This document shows positions 49,470 to 59,674 of a stretch of 64,000 nt of DNA, one piece after another. Position numbers and translations under genes: made by a program. Origin of the DNA: Naegleria gruberi (taxonomy: Eukaryota). Positions within the stretch are counted from its first letter, which is position 1. Each line of letters begins with the position of its first letter. The notes beneath the pieces were generated by a model. That model worked only from the letters and a program-made list of their open reading frames with translations, did not search any database and was not told the origin of the DNA. The DNA is taken from assembly GCA_000004985.1 (NCBI GenBank), contig GG738852.1. One strand, 5' to 3'.

Positions 49470-49922
49470 GAATTTTTGGAGGGAAATTCAGATCGAAAGA
49501 AAATATGAGAAACAAGTTGATTTCCTTCACAAACAACATTAAGATTTTACAATTCAAATAATTTTTATTACAAAAATTCTTTTAAAGTTAAACTCAAAAC
49601 CACTGTTTATCCAAAAATTTAAATGGCAACTCTCCTTTCCTTCTTCATGTGAATCAACAACAGAATATATTGACTTGAGAAAATCCAAGAGATTATAATG
49701 AATATGCACTCCTCACCATCAACAACCACCAACAGCTACACTTCACATGAACAGTAAGAGTCTAGGCCACATTTTCGTTGTGGGTTTTCCGCAAAATTAT
49801 GCGCTCCTCATCCTAGAGGGCAAACACTTCTACTTTTGAAACAAAACTAACACATTGTTATCAATCACAAGCTCCTTTGTGCTCACAAATCACCATCACC
49901 ATCATTATAATATCGAAAAAAA

Positions 49923-52139
49923 ATGTTTCTTCGTCGTATGATTAATGCCATCTCACAATCATCAGAGTCTGGCAAATCTGATAATTCGGCCTATGCTCTC
50001 AATATTGACCATATGGAAATACCTATAGAGGAGTGGAGTCATAAAGTGGTCACATGTTTTTTGTATAAGGAACAATTTTTCGAATTAATTCCCAAAGTTA
50101 CGAAACTGAAATATGAAGGTGTTGATTTTCTGACAAAAAACAAGGAACAATTGACTGCCGAGTTGAAAGTACATGAAGACGAAATTACTGAGTTGATGGC
50201 TAGAATCGAAAGTGTAAAAGTGAAACAAAAGTATTATTCGAAGGCTAATAGATTGACACTTTCAGAGACAGATACAGCAGATATTAATTCTCAACCAGCA
50301 GTTGGAGACCCATCATCGCCAAACAATACTTCAAACGGAATTGCCATCAAAAACAAACCAATCGATTCAACAAGAAATATGTCAGGCTCGCCGAGTGCAC
50401 AAACTTTATCTGCATCACCAATGAATGGAAGTAGAGTTCCTCCACCTGGCCTCACTGAATTGGATAGACAGAGGAGAGGCACTGGGTTGGAGAGGGGCAA
50501 ACTTCCAAGCTCTCCAACAGGAGCAACCTCTCCTTCGAGCTCATCAATTTCACCACCAGCATCATCATCAGGAGAAGCACATTTAAATATTAGTAATATT
50601 CAACTTTTGAAAATTGTGGAATCATTTAAGAGACAACTCAAGGAAAATGATCTTCTCGCAGAAAGATCATACCGACTCAATAAGTATAAGAATACATTTA
50701 CTGGAAGCGATGCAACCACATTATTGCATAAATTGATGAGAGATGTGGCAAAATCTGCAACGAGATTCGATGCCATTGATTTGGGAAATGCAATGATAAG
50801 AGATGGATTCATAAAACATGTTGCCGAAGATGAAGACTTTAAAGATGAGCCAGGTCAATTGTACTTTATTTCCGACGATCCTAGAGCAAGAGACAGTTTG
50901 AACTTGAATAATAAGAAGGGAAGTTCTGCATTCTTTGCCGAAGAGGACAGATCCATCACCAAAGATATAATGACACCTGCAGCTACTGATTTAATTTATA
51001 GAGGTGATTGTGCCTCCAAGATGATTGTACTGATTAAGAATACAGACACTTTGCTCGAGTCTTTAATTTTCCAAGCAGGAATGCTCAATGATAAGGAGAA
51101 GAAGACATTGGAAGCCGTTACTAAAAAGCTCAAAAACTTGAACTATCCTGTCCCAGAGGTTCAAATTAGTTTGGTAGCTCAAGATTTGAGTTTGTCAGAG
51201 AGATACTTGTACAGTTATTTGAATCCAAACAGAATTCCAAGAGCTAAGAAGACTCTTTTGCAAGAAAAATCATGTGGAAAACAATTTATGGATATTGGAT
51301 TGGCCTTGACATGTACAGAAGGATTGGCTGGAGAATTTTACACTTTCGCATTAATTGTAGGAACATTTATTGTGGAATTTTCGGATAGATGTCATTTGGC
51401 ATTGGTAAGAGAAAAGGATTCGAGCTTTGTCAACTTTTTCCATATCACAACTATCAATGATAAGGAAAATATCGAATTGTGCTTAAAAACAGTTAGTAAG
51501 TGCTGTGTAAAGTGGAATGAAAAACCAGTTGCAAAGAATATCAACTCTAAAACTTTTGTAACTGAACTTTTCAGATGGATTGACATTCCTGAAAGTGTGA
51601 TTGAAACTGTTGCCTCAGATATGGACTTTATATCAAACTATCCAATCAACTCAAAATCACTCTTCTTACAAAAGGGACAACTGGAAGAAATTTACAAAGT
51701 ATCCGAGACTGTAGAAATTACTTCATCACTTCAAACACTTCTCAGTCAAATTACCAATCAAACCATTACATTCTACAAACATTCTGATTTGGCTGAATTC
51801 TACTTGATTGCATCCCACCTTTTGAATCCTGTTCAAAAACTTCTCATTTCCTCCTTTGCCAAGACATTTATGAGACAATTCAATGAGGGTATTAATTTAC
51901 CAAACTCTGAACCAATGTCCTACAAGGCAGCAAAGAAAATAACCAAAGAGAGATTATGTAAAATAGATGATGTTTTTACATGCCCATTTAAAGGTCATGG
52001 AATTTGCACAAAGAATGTAAAATATCCAAAAGCTGCAAATAGTGAAAACGAAACTCCAGTCCAATCTGAAAGCTCTCCTTCCGATTCTCTGACCTACCAA
52101 TACTTCCCTTGTAACATTTCATTACCTACCAGACAATAG
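49923..52139 (+). CDS. DEP-domain signalling protein
   Basis: Single 738-aa ORF with an A-run before the ATG. DEP-like segment RSYRLNKYKNTFTGSDATTLLHKLMRDVAKSATRFDAIDLGNAMIRDGFIKHVAEDEDFKDEPGQLYFI. An S/P-rich linker lies upstream. The C-terminal half is unassigned. Confidence 0.65.
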   Translation: MFLRRMINAISQSSESGKSDNSAYALNIDHMEIPIEEWSHKVVTCFLYKEQFFELIPKVTKLKYEGVDFLTKNKEQLTAELKVHEDEITELMARIESVKVKQKYYSKANRLTLSETDTADINSQPAVGDPSSPNNTSNGIAIKNKPIDSTRNMSGSPSAQTLSASPMNGSRVPPPGLTELDRQRRGTGLERGKLPSSPTGATSPSSSSISPPASSSGEAHLNISNIQLLKIVESFKRQLKENDLLAERSYRLNKYKNTFTGSDATTLLHKLMRDVAKSATRFDAIDLGNAMIRDGFIKHVAEDEDFKDEPGQLYFISDDPRARDSLNLNNKKGSSAFFAEEDRSITKDIMTPAATDLIYRGDCASKMIVLIKNTDTLLESLIFQAGMLNDKEKKTLEAVTKKLKNLNYPVPEVQISLVAQDLSLSERYLYSYLNPNRIPRAKKTLLQEKSCGKQFMDIGLALTCTEGLAGEFYTFALIVGTFIVEFSDRCHLALVREKDSSFVNFFHITTINDKENIELCLKTVSKCCVKWNEKPVAKNINSKTFVTELFRWIDIPESVIETVASDMDFISNYPINSKSLFLQKGQLEEIYKVSETVEITSSLQTLLSQITNQTITFYKHSDLAEFYLIASHLLNPVQKLLISSFAKTFMRQFNEGINLPNSEPMSYKAAKKITKERLCKIDDVFTCPFKGHGICTKNVKYPKAANSENETPVQSESSPSDSLTYQYFPCNISLPTRQ

Positions 52140-52565
52140 TCAACCCATTTTGCCACCTTAATTTCCAATTTTGATTAAAAATAATTCTCTGTTCAATTGG
52201 AATGTTGCTATTATTCACACAAAATACAATACAATATTGAGCGAATTCAATTATCCAGCTATTGAGAATATTCCAGTATCATCAGCCAAGTATCAACGAC
52301 CTATAGAACTACTTAATACCCAGCTGTTTTTCTGATATTATCCAGATGTCGATACTTCCAAACAAGAACCAGAGAATATTCTAACATCCACACTCAGCAC
52401 TACACCCCAACAATGTTTGGCATTAATTCCTTGTTTATCTTGCGCTTGATGGTTTACAGATTGACTTGTTTGGTCTCGAGCGTTTAAAAGTGGAGCTTCT
52501 GAAAAAAACGAATCAAAAAAAAAATAACTTTAATTCTCTCCCTATTTAATAATAATAATAACAAA

Positions 52566-53737
52566 ATGAAGATTGCTGTTTTCAGTGCCAAGCCATACGA
52601 TGAAGAATACATGACCAAGACTAATGAAGTTTTGGGTCAAGGAAAGCACGAAATTAAATATATCAAGTCTCCTCTTGATGAAGCTCACGTTCCATTGGCT
52701 CAAGGCTGTGATGCTGTCTGTGTCTTTGTTAATGATCCTGTTACTGAAGTTGTTGTTGATGCTCTTGCATCATATGGAATCAAGTTGATTTTGTGTAGAT
52801 GTGCGTAAGTATCTTTTCCGAATCTATTGGATTAATAGTTCAATTTTGTATTCAAAATATCTTTCTTCCATATTTGATATTATTAATGTTTTATACAAAA
52901 CTATCTAATACAAAAAATCTAATACAACAACAACAACAACAACAATAACAACGAAACAGTGGATACAATAATGTTAATCTTGCTGCTTGTAAGAAACACG
53001 GAATTACAGTTGCTCGTGTTCCAAAATATTCACCATATGCCACTGCTGAACATTCTGTTGCCTTGATGATGACTCTCAATAGAAAGACTCATCGTGCTTA
53101 TAATCGTGTTAGAGAAGGTGATTTCAGTATTAATGGATTGATGGGATTCGATATGAATGGTAAGAAAGTTGGTGTTATCGGAACTGGTAAAATTGGATAT
53201 TTGGTCTGTAAGATCTTAAAGTGTGGATTTGGTTGTGATGTTGTTGCCTATGATGTTTACCAATCTGCTGAAGTTAAAAGCATCGGAGTTGAATATGTTG
53301 ATTTGGATACACTTTTCAGAACATGTGACATTATTTCTCTCCACTGTCCACTTTTCAATAATACCAAGTATATTATCAATGATGAAGCTTTGGAAAAGAT
53401 GAAGAAGGGTGTTATGATTATCAATGCTTCTAGAGGTGCTTTGGTTGATACTAAGGCAGTTATTAAGCATTTGAAGAATGGTAAAGTTGGATCTTTGGGT
53501 GTTGATGTTTATGAAAACGAAGCCAATACTTTCTATGAAAATCACTCATCTGATCTCTACTTGAGCGACGAATTATTGCTCCGTCTCATGTCTTTCAAGA
53601 ATGTCCTTGTTACATCTCACCAAGCTTTCTTCACACAAGAAGCCATGCAAAATATTGCTGACTCTGTTTTCCACAGTGCCACCCAATACCAAACTGAAGG
53701 TAAGGTCACTGGTGAAGAATTTGTCCCATGCGAATAA
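52566..53737 (+). CDS. ldhA: Fermentative D-lactate dehydrogenase (LdhA-type D-2-hydroxyacid dehydrogenase), 2 exons
   Basis: Exons 52566..52804 and 52960..53737 join in frame via intron 52805..52959 (gtaagt..acag, 155 nt, phase 2). Collinear with E. coli LdhA:
- MKIAVFSAKPYDEEY
- GCDAVCVFVNDP
- ILCRCA|GYNNVNL
- RVPKYSPYATAEHSVALMMTLNRKTHRAY
- VGVIGTGKIG
- ISLHCPL
- MIINASRGALVD
- GSLGVDVYENE
- VLVTSHQAFFT. Confidence 0.9.
52925..52945 (+). repeat. (CAA)7 microsatellite inside the ldhA intron
   Basis: Seven perfect CAA units, followed by TAA CAA. This explains the spurious poly-Cys antisense ORF 52891..53079. Confidence 0.9.
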
Positions 53738-54203
53738 GTGCTACACACTCTAAGAAAACTGTAAATAAAAACAAATAATTATTTAATTGGTGGGCTTGCC
53801 TTAGTATCAACCTTTCTCATAAATGTCTTCTTTGGAAAGGCAATTCCAGATATTTGCAATAATTATGAGTTCAGATTGACTATTCTTTAATCTAACTGAA
53901 ATTTGAAACTGATATCGCTCAACAATCTGTTTGCTGTTTTTTCCAACAAGCTATCCTTCCTTATTTCCTTCATAATTTTGAACTGATAGTTAATATAGAC
54001 AACCGAATCGTTATTAATTTTCTTCTTTTGAGGAGCAGTACGTTGTTCTGTAACCAACACAGTGCAAAACACATTAATAAGGGAAGGAATAGAGTGTGCA
54101 AATGGTTTGAAAGAGGACAGACTGATTTGAGAAAAGTCACATATCTTGGTCATTGTAGCTGAATTTTCCCTCCTTCTCGTATTATGTTGTTACAATATAT
54201 CTT

Positions 54204-55415
54204 CTATTCCTCTTTATGTTGAGTGATAAATCCATCCTCATCCACCACTTGATTTTCAGGTTCAAATGAAGGTTTTTCAAGTGATGGAAGTAATTTCATC
54301 GAGTAGGGATGAATCTCTTGAACCGATAAATCTTCCAAATCTATCAGTATCCATTTAGTTTGTTGAGAAAATTCTTGAATATTATCGAATTTCAATCTAG
54401 ACTCAATAGATGGTGTACACAACTTGTACAGAAAGCATGTATCATTCAATCGACAATGTCCAATAATTTTCATCTTATCACTGAAATGTTTGTAGAAATT
54501 TTTAAAGTCACTTCTTGCTAACTTTCCATTCGTTTTTCCATCATCCATTACCTCGAAAGTTAATTTCCTGATGAGATGATGATTTTTCTTTGATTTCCTA
54601 TCTTCATAACTGATAATCAAATAATTATTCTCTTCACTGCTGCTACTCTGATTCAATCTTGATAAAATATTCGAATGAATAAGAAAACAGTGTGCGAATG
54701 GCATTGGAGAAATATTCACCACTTCCTTAATAAGTTTTGAAGAATCATTTGGTGCTTGTTTCAAAAAGGTTGGTTCAATTTGTAAAGTGTCTCGATGATG
54801 CTCCTCAAACATTAGAAACATGTCATGTTTGATGAAAGGCGTAGGAATAAGGTAATTCAAATGAGTAAAATGATCATTATTTGAAAATATAGGCAAGATG
54901 GGAGTCACTTCAAGCTTTGATCTTTCAATATCTTTCTGATCCAGCTCAATTGTAAACCTTTGAGCATAATATCCACAATAATAATCAAAAACCTTTAAAG
55001 TACCATTCCTTGTACTAGGATGTCCATTAATCAATGCTTGTTTAAACACATAATCATATCTATCATATTCCAATACTGTTTGTTTCCCACAAAAATCAAA
55101 AAAGTATTTTCTTGTTAAATTTCCATCATTTTCATTATGCAACAACAAGGAATTTAATCTCAACATTTTCACCTTCATATTCACTGTAACTCCTTCATTA
55201 TATTTTCCCTCTCGTTCCGATCTCTTCACCAAACACACTGCATGGGAAATGTTCGGATCATGTTTTGAAGGAAGATTTAAATGATTGGTTTCATCATTTT
55301 GATTTTCCAAAAAGTAATAACGAGAATGTAAATTATTGGTTAATGGGGGTGAGGAACAAACAAAAGCAATGGGAATGGTGGCATATTCTTCCTCCCTAAA
55401 ATCTAAATGCGCCAT
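54204..55415 (-). CDS. Hypothetical protein (403 aa), no recognisable domain
   Basis: Long uninterrupted ORF with a genuine ATG after an A-run. The composition looks like ordinary coding sequence. Confidence 0.55.
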   Translation of the reverse strand: MAHLDFREEEYATIPIAFVCSSPPLTNNLHSRYYFLENQNDETNHLNLPSKHDPNISHAVCLVKRSEREGKYNEGVTVNMKVKMLRLNSLLLHNENDGNLTRKYFFDFCGKQTVLEYDRYDYVFKQALINGHPSTRNGTLKVFDYYCGYYAQRFTIELDQKDIERSKLEVTPILPIFSNNDHFTHLNYLIPTPFIKHDMFLMFEEHHRDTLQIEPTFLKQAPNDSSKLIKEVVNISPMPFAHCFLIHSNILSRLNQSSSSEENNYLIISYEDRKSKKNHHLIRKLTFEVMDDGKTNGKLARSDFKNFYKHFSDKMKIIGHCRLNDTCFLYKLCTPSIESRLKFDNIQEFSQQTKWILIDLEDLSVQEIHPYSMKLLPSLEKPSFEPENQVVDEDGFITQHKEE

Positions 55416-55784
55416 TTTTTTTTAAAAGATTTTGAAATTTCAATTTTAAGAGTTTACAATAAATAGGTGAAGTATTCAAAGTCAATTTAATTAATATCTG
55501 AAAAGTACTTGTTTAGTTCAGATTGGTTCTCCAGTAGTGAATTAGTTCTGAAAAAGATTCACACACAAAAAGGTTCTTATTGACTTGGTCTTTCCCATTG
55601 AATGTTATTTTCATGCATGTGTTTTAACAATGCAAGGAGAAAAGAAATTACATTTTTCAATTCAGAAACAAATTGAGAAACAACTTGATTGTGATGAACA
55701 AGTGAAGAAAGTACTGATTGAATCACTCATTACAATGATTCAAAGAGATTCAACAAAGAGACTGAATTCACTTACAAATTAATT

Positions 55785-56228
55785 ATGGAAAATTTAATCA
55801 AATTTTTGAAAGGTGAAATTGCTGATTGTTCTCAAGGAATTTCCTCTTACATGCCCAAATTCGATCGCCTTACAGAAAACAAAGGAAATATCTCTGCACT
55901 TACCACTCACAAATACGAATTGACCAAGAAAAACAAGTTACTAATGGAAGAAATTGAACAGTTACGATCCCAAGAAGGTACTTTGGATGTTTCTGTATTG
56001 GTTAATGATCTTGAGACTAGACAAGCATCTCTTAATGAAGAAATAGAACAAGTCAACCTTTCAAAACAAATGATTCTGGAGGAACAGTTAGAAATTAACG
56101 GGCAGAGCAATGCATTGACCATGTTAAACCTTGCTCAACAAGAAGAAATTGAAGAATTGAAGAAGGAATTAGCAAAACTAATTTTTCAATGTTTGAGTAT
56201 TGACATTCTTGTAGTTTACCTTCTCTAG
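55785..56228 (+). CDS. Small coiled-coil protein (boundaries uncertain)
   Basis: ORF rich in heptad-like E/L/Q sequence (LLMEEIEQLRSQEG..., LNEEIEQVNLSKQMILEEQLEING, EEIEELKKELAKL). A 50-aa ORF (ATG 55630..55782) ends 2 nt upstream in another frame. The relation between the two is unresolved. Confidence 0.4.
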   Translation: MENLIKFLKGEIADCSQGISSYMPKFDRLTENKGNISALTTHKYELTKKNKLLMEEIEQLRSQEGTLDVSVLVNDLETRQASLNEEIEQVNLSKQMILEEQLEINGQSNALTMLNLAQQEEIEELKKELAKLIFQCLSIDILVVYLL

Positions 56229-56295
56229 TTTTCATAAAAGCGCCATTATTTCCTATTAATATTCTCCAAAATGTTAAAATTTTCTTATTGCTAAT

Positions 56296-58272
56296 TTACT
56301 GAGCTGGAGTGGTTTGAGTCTGTTGCTGATTTCTGGCAAGTTGATAAGCTGCTCTATGAGCTTGAATCTTTTTTCTAATCAAAAATTCATTATAAACAAA
56401 GCATACAACTAGAATGATAAGAACAAGATAGAATACTGGCTTATCAAACATGTCATCCCAAATAGTGTCTTCATCTCTAGAATTCTTTGAGTGATAATCA
56501 GAATTGAAATAGCTTCCATAGGTAGATCCCTTTCTATCAGAGTCGAGAGAAGTTACATCATAAACAGAAATGGAGCCATCATCCAACATTACTGCCAAGT
56601 TATTATCTGAAATAAAGGTAAGTGATTGAATTGGAGCAGAGTAGTACTTTAAATGACTTCCTTCTCTTTCTATTCTCAAGTTTAACATGGACTTGAGAGC
56701 GAGTCCTTTTCCTTCAATCTTGAACACAAATCCTACAATTTGATGAACAACCACAATGTAAGAACCATCATGATTAATGGCTATAAAATCAGGATGGTTA
56801 TATCTTTCCAATCGTTTCTTAAGAGACTCGAAAACTGCCAAAGTTAATTGATCTTGAGAATAGTATCTCTCCTGTAATGATCTGACATCGTACAAGCCAA
56901 ATCCTGTACCAACAAAACTGTAATAGGTTGTCTTGTCAACACTGAGGTTCTCTCCAGAAGGTCTGTAAATGTACATGCAACCACCGTGAGCTGGGAAAAC
57001 AGTTGTCCTGCCATCTCCACTTTGATAGGAAATCTCCTTTCCTCTATAGTAAACATCATATAAACGATGAGCACTTCTTGAAAGAATTCCTGTAAGAGCT
57101 CCTGGAAGATTATTGTCAATTCTGCTCTTTTCCCACGTGCCATTAATAAGCTTGTATGTGTTGGATTCTACTAATGGACCATGTTTGAAATCATTATCAT
57201 ACATGGAGTGGAATTGTTGATTTCTTACATCTATAACATCAGCATTCTCCTTTAAACTCAAAACTGAGAATTGATTGTCTGGAAGCTTAACCTCATGAAG
57301 AGCTAAAACATTGTGAAGATCTTTCATTCTTGGAATTCTTGGATTTGTCTTGTCCATTTTGAGAAGAGGTGGTCCATTCTGTAATAATGTTCCATTTGCA
57401 CAAATGATTCGATATTCATAAAAATCATTAACGAACGAAGCCATTACACAATCCTCATCCAATGAAGTATCAGAAATACTAGTAACTTCCGGTCCATATT
57501 CATACAAATTAAAAATTCTATTCCTTTCCTTCTGTGGACATATTTTCCTTGCCTCCACATAGGTTTTCACTCTATCACTTTCATGAATATCAACACGTTC
57601 TGTCACCATAAATATGCAATCTCTATTTCTATAGTGTGCAGAACCCTTCTTTGTAAAATAAACTTTAGAATTTTCAATTAGTTGATCATCAGCAAGTTCC
57701 CATCTCAGAATATTAGCTTCCTCCAATTTCATCAACATTTCCGTATCAACTCTCGATAATTCATTCTTCAAATTAAAAAGCTGTAATCTAATAATAGATC
57801 CCACAAATTCAAATGTTGAATTCAAAGCTGTATCCTCATGAATAACCAACTTGGAAATATCAGCAGCTGCTTTTCCAATATTATTAATATTATTATTATT
57901 ATTAATATTACTATTTAATTCCTTCTCTTGATGAGATGATGGTGATAACAATAAATAGGTTGAAAAGTAATTACTCTGTCTAGAATCCATCGCTGAAGGT
58001 GAAACCTTATATTTGTATAATTGACGAGTATTGGGAATGGAAAATACTTTTCGTGGCAAATTTAATATTCTCGAATCGAATTGATTCTCAGAGTAGGCTG
58101 ATAAATCTCTCCTATAATGATCACTGCCAGCACTGTTGTATGATGATGATGATGAATCATTGGGTCCTCCCGAATAGAAATCCAAAATTTGATTAAAGAA
58201 TTGAAAAAAGATAAATAATCCAATGAAAAAGATGGTTACCCTCGGGCTTCCTCCAATGAATATAACGGGCAT
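56296..58272 (-). CDS. Large membrane protein with N-terminal anchor, luminal/extracellular domain and C-terminal TM; family unknown
   Basis: Single 658-aa ORF with a genuine ATG. N-terminal TM VTIFFIGLFIFFQFF and C-terminal TM PVFYLVLIILVVCFVYNEFLI followed by a basic stop-transfer sequence. The middle could be a beta-rich domain, but I cannot assign it. Confidence 0.55.
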   Translation of the reverse strand: MPVIFIGGSPRVTIFFIGLFIFFQFFNQILDFYSGGPNDSSSSSYNSAGSDHYRRDLSAYSENQFDSRILNLPRKVFSIPNTRQLYKYKVSPSAMDSRQSNYFSTYLLLSPSSHQEKELNSNINNNNNINNIGKAAADISKLVIHEDTALNSTFEFVGSIIRLQLFNLKNELSRVDTEMLMKLEEANILRWELADDQLIENSKVYFTKKGSAHYRNRDCIFMVTERVDIHESDRVKTYVEARKICPQKERNRIFNLYEYGPEVTSISDTSLDEDCVMASFVNDFYEYRIICANGTLLQNGPPLLKMDKTNPRIPRMKDLHNVLALHEVKLPDNQFSVLSLKENADVIDVRNQQFHSMYDNDFKHGPLVESNTYKLINGTWEKSRIDNNLPGALTGILSRSAHRLYDVYYRGKEISYQSGDGRTTVFPAHGGCMYIYRPSGENLSVDKTTYYSFVGTGFGLYDVRSLQERYYSQDQLTLAVFESLKKRLERYNHPDFIAINHDGSYIVVVHQIVGFVFKIEGKGLALKSMLNLRIEREGSHLKYYSAPIQSLTFISDNNLAVMLDDGSISVYDVTSLDSDRKGSTYGSYFNSDYHSKNSRDEDTIWDDMFDKPVFYLVLIILVVCFVYNEFLIRKKIQAHRAAYQLARNQQQTQTTPAQ

Positions 58273-58681
58273 TTTGTTTTTTTCTATTATTATTATTAAA
58301 ATTATTAAAATTATGTAATATTTGTATTGATGATGTTATTGTTGTTGGACGGAGGAGAAAAAATCAAGTCCGATAGACACGTTTTTTTTGTAAAGTTTTT
58401 GCATTAGTTATTGCGCTTGGAAGAGTTTCTAATATCAAAATATTGAAAAGATCTTTTATTCGACATGAATATTGAAAATAGTATGAAATGGAATTTCTTA
58501 TTAAGCTTCAATTTCCAAGCATGTGAAAGATTAGTTTGAAAAATTACCATTTGTTCAACTTGCATTACATTAATAACTATAAAAAGGTCATTCTCGTATA
58601 TCTCCAAACTTTTGTAATAATATTAAATCAATGAAACAAAACAGCTGTTAATATTGTTTTGATTTTTTAAATTACAAAAAA

Positions 58682-59537
58682 ATGGTCAAACGTAAATTAT
58701 TGCTCATTTCCAATTCGACAAATTTCGGAGGAGAATATTTGGAACATTGTGCTAGTCAGTGCAGAGATTTCTTATCGGGATGTAAAACTGTTTGTTTTGT
58801 TCCGTATGCCTTGACTGATACTGAAGGCTATTTTAATAAGGTGGAAAATGGTATGAATTTAATATGAATTTTAGGAATTTAATTATTATTAATATTTGGA
58901 AAATATTTGGAAAATATTCGGAATGGAATATTAATTGTTATTATTATTATTTTAAATATTTGATGTAGCCTTTAAAAAGTATAATATTTGTGAACAAGTT
59001 ACAAATGTTGCTCAAAAGGGTGGAAATCCAAAGGAAATTATTCAATCGGCTGATGCTGTTTTTGTTGGAGGTGGAAATACATTTAGATTGTTGAAGAAAC
59101 TTTATGATAATGATTTAATTTCATTGATTAGAAAGAGAGTTTTTGAGGAAAATATGAGATACATGTCTGCTTCAGCTGGCACAAATGTTTCCTGCCCAAC
59201 TATAAGAACTACAAATGATATGCCAATCCTCTTCCCTCCATCTTTCAATGCTCTTCAACTTGTTCCATTCCAAATTAATCCTCACTTTATTGACAAGCAC
59301 ACTTTGGAATCATTAAAACATAATGGAGAAACTCGTGAACAAAGAATTCAAGAGTTCCACGAAGAATTGGAAAATCAACATGTTCCAGTAATTGGCCTCA
59401 GAGAAGGAGCCATGTTATTGGTCGAAGATGATACCATGACTTTGTGTGGAGCTAACGGGGCCAAAATATTTGCAAATTCACAAGAAATTGAAAAGGTAAC
59501 AGGAGATGATTTATCATCCTATTTGAAATCCAATTAA
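58682..59537 (+). CDS. pepE: Peptidase E (S51 alpha-aspartyl dipeptidase), 2 exons
   Basis: Exons 58682..58850 and 58969..59537 join in frame via intron 58851..58968 (gtatga..gtag, 118 nt, phase 1). Collinear with E. coli PepE: LLLISNST, VCFVPYA, AVFVGGGNTFRLLKKL, SAGTNVSCPTIRTTNDMPI (Ser nucleophile), LVPFQINPHF, NGETREQRIQEF. Confidence 0.85.
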
Positions 59538-59674
59538 AAGAATTTCAAATACTAGTAATTTCAATAATTTCAATTGAGTTTACAATTTGATCTTAACATT
59601 CAATGCCAGAACTAAAATAGAAGTCGTACCTATTAAACGCTTTATCTCTCTGCTTTTAAAGATCACAAGAAAAA

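Noticed and set aside
49770-49800. Second E2F-like string (ttttccgcaaa) upstream of the DEP-domain gene
   Set aside because: It deviates from the TTTSSCGC core at a key position (T instead of G/C), and there is no functional rationale, so it is not reported as a site.
52891-53079. Minus-strand ORF with a poly-Cys run
   Set aside because: It is the reverse translation of the (CAA)7 microsatellite in the ldhA intron plus antisense of ldhA exon 2.
53887-54153. 88-aa minus-strand ORF just downstream of the 54204..55415 gene
   Set aside because: It has no A-run start context and no recognisable sequence, and it lies where the 3' UTR of the upstream gene is expected. No donor or acceptor links it in frame to that gene.
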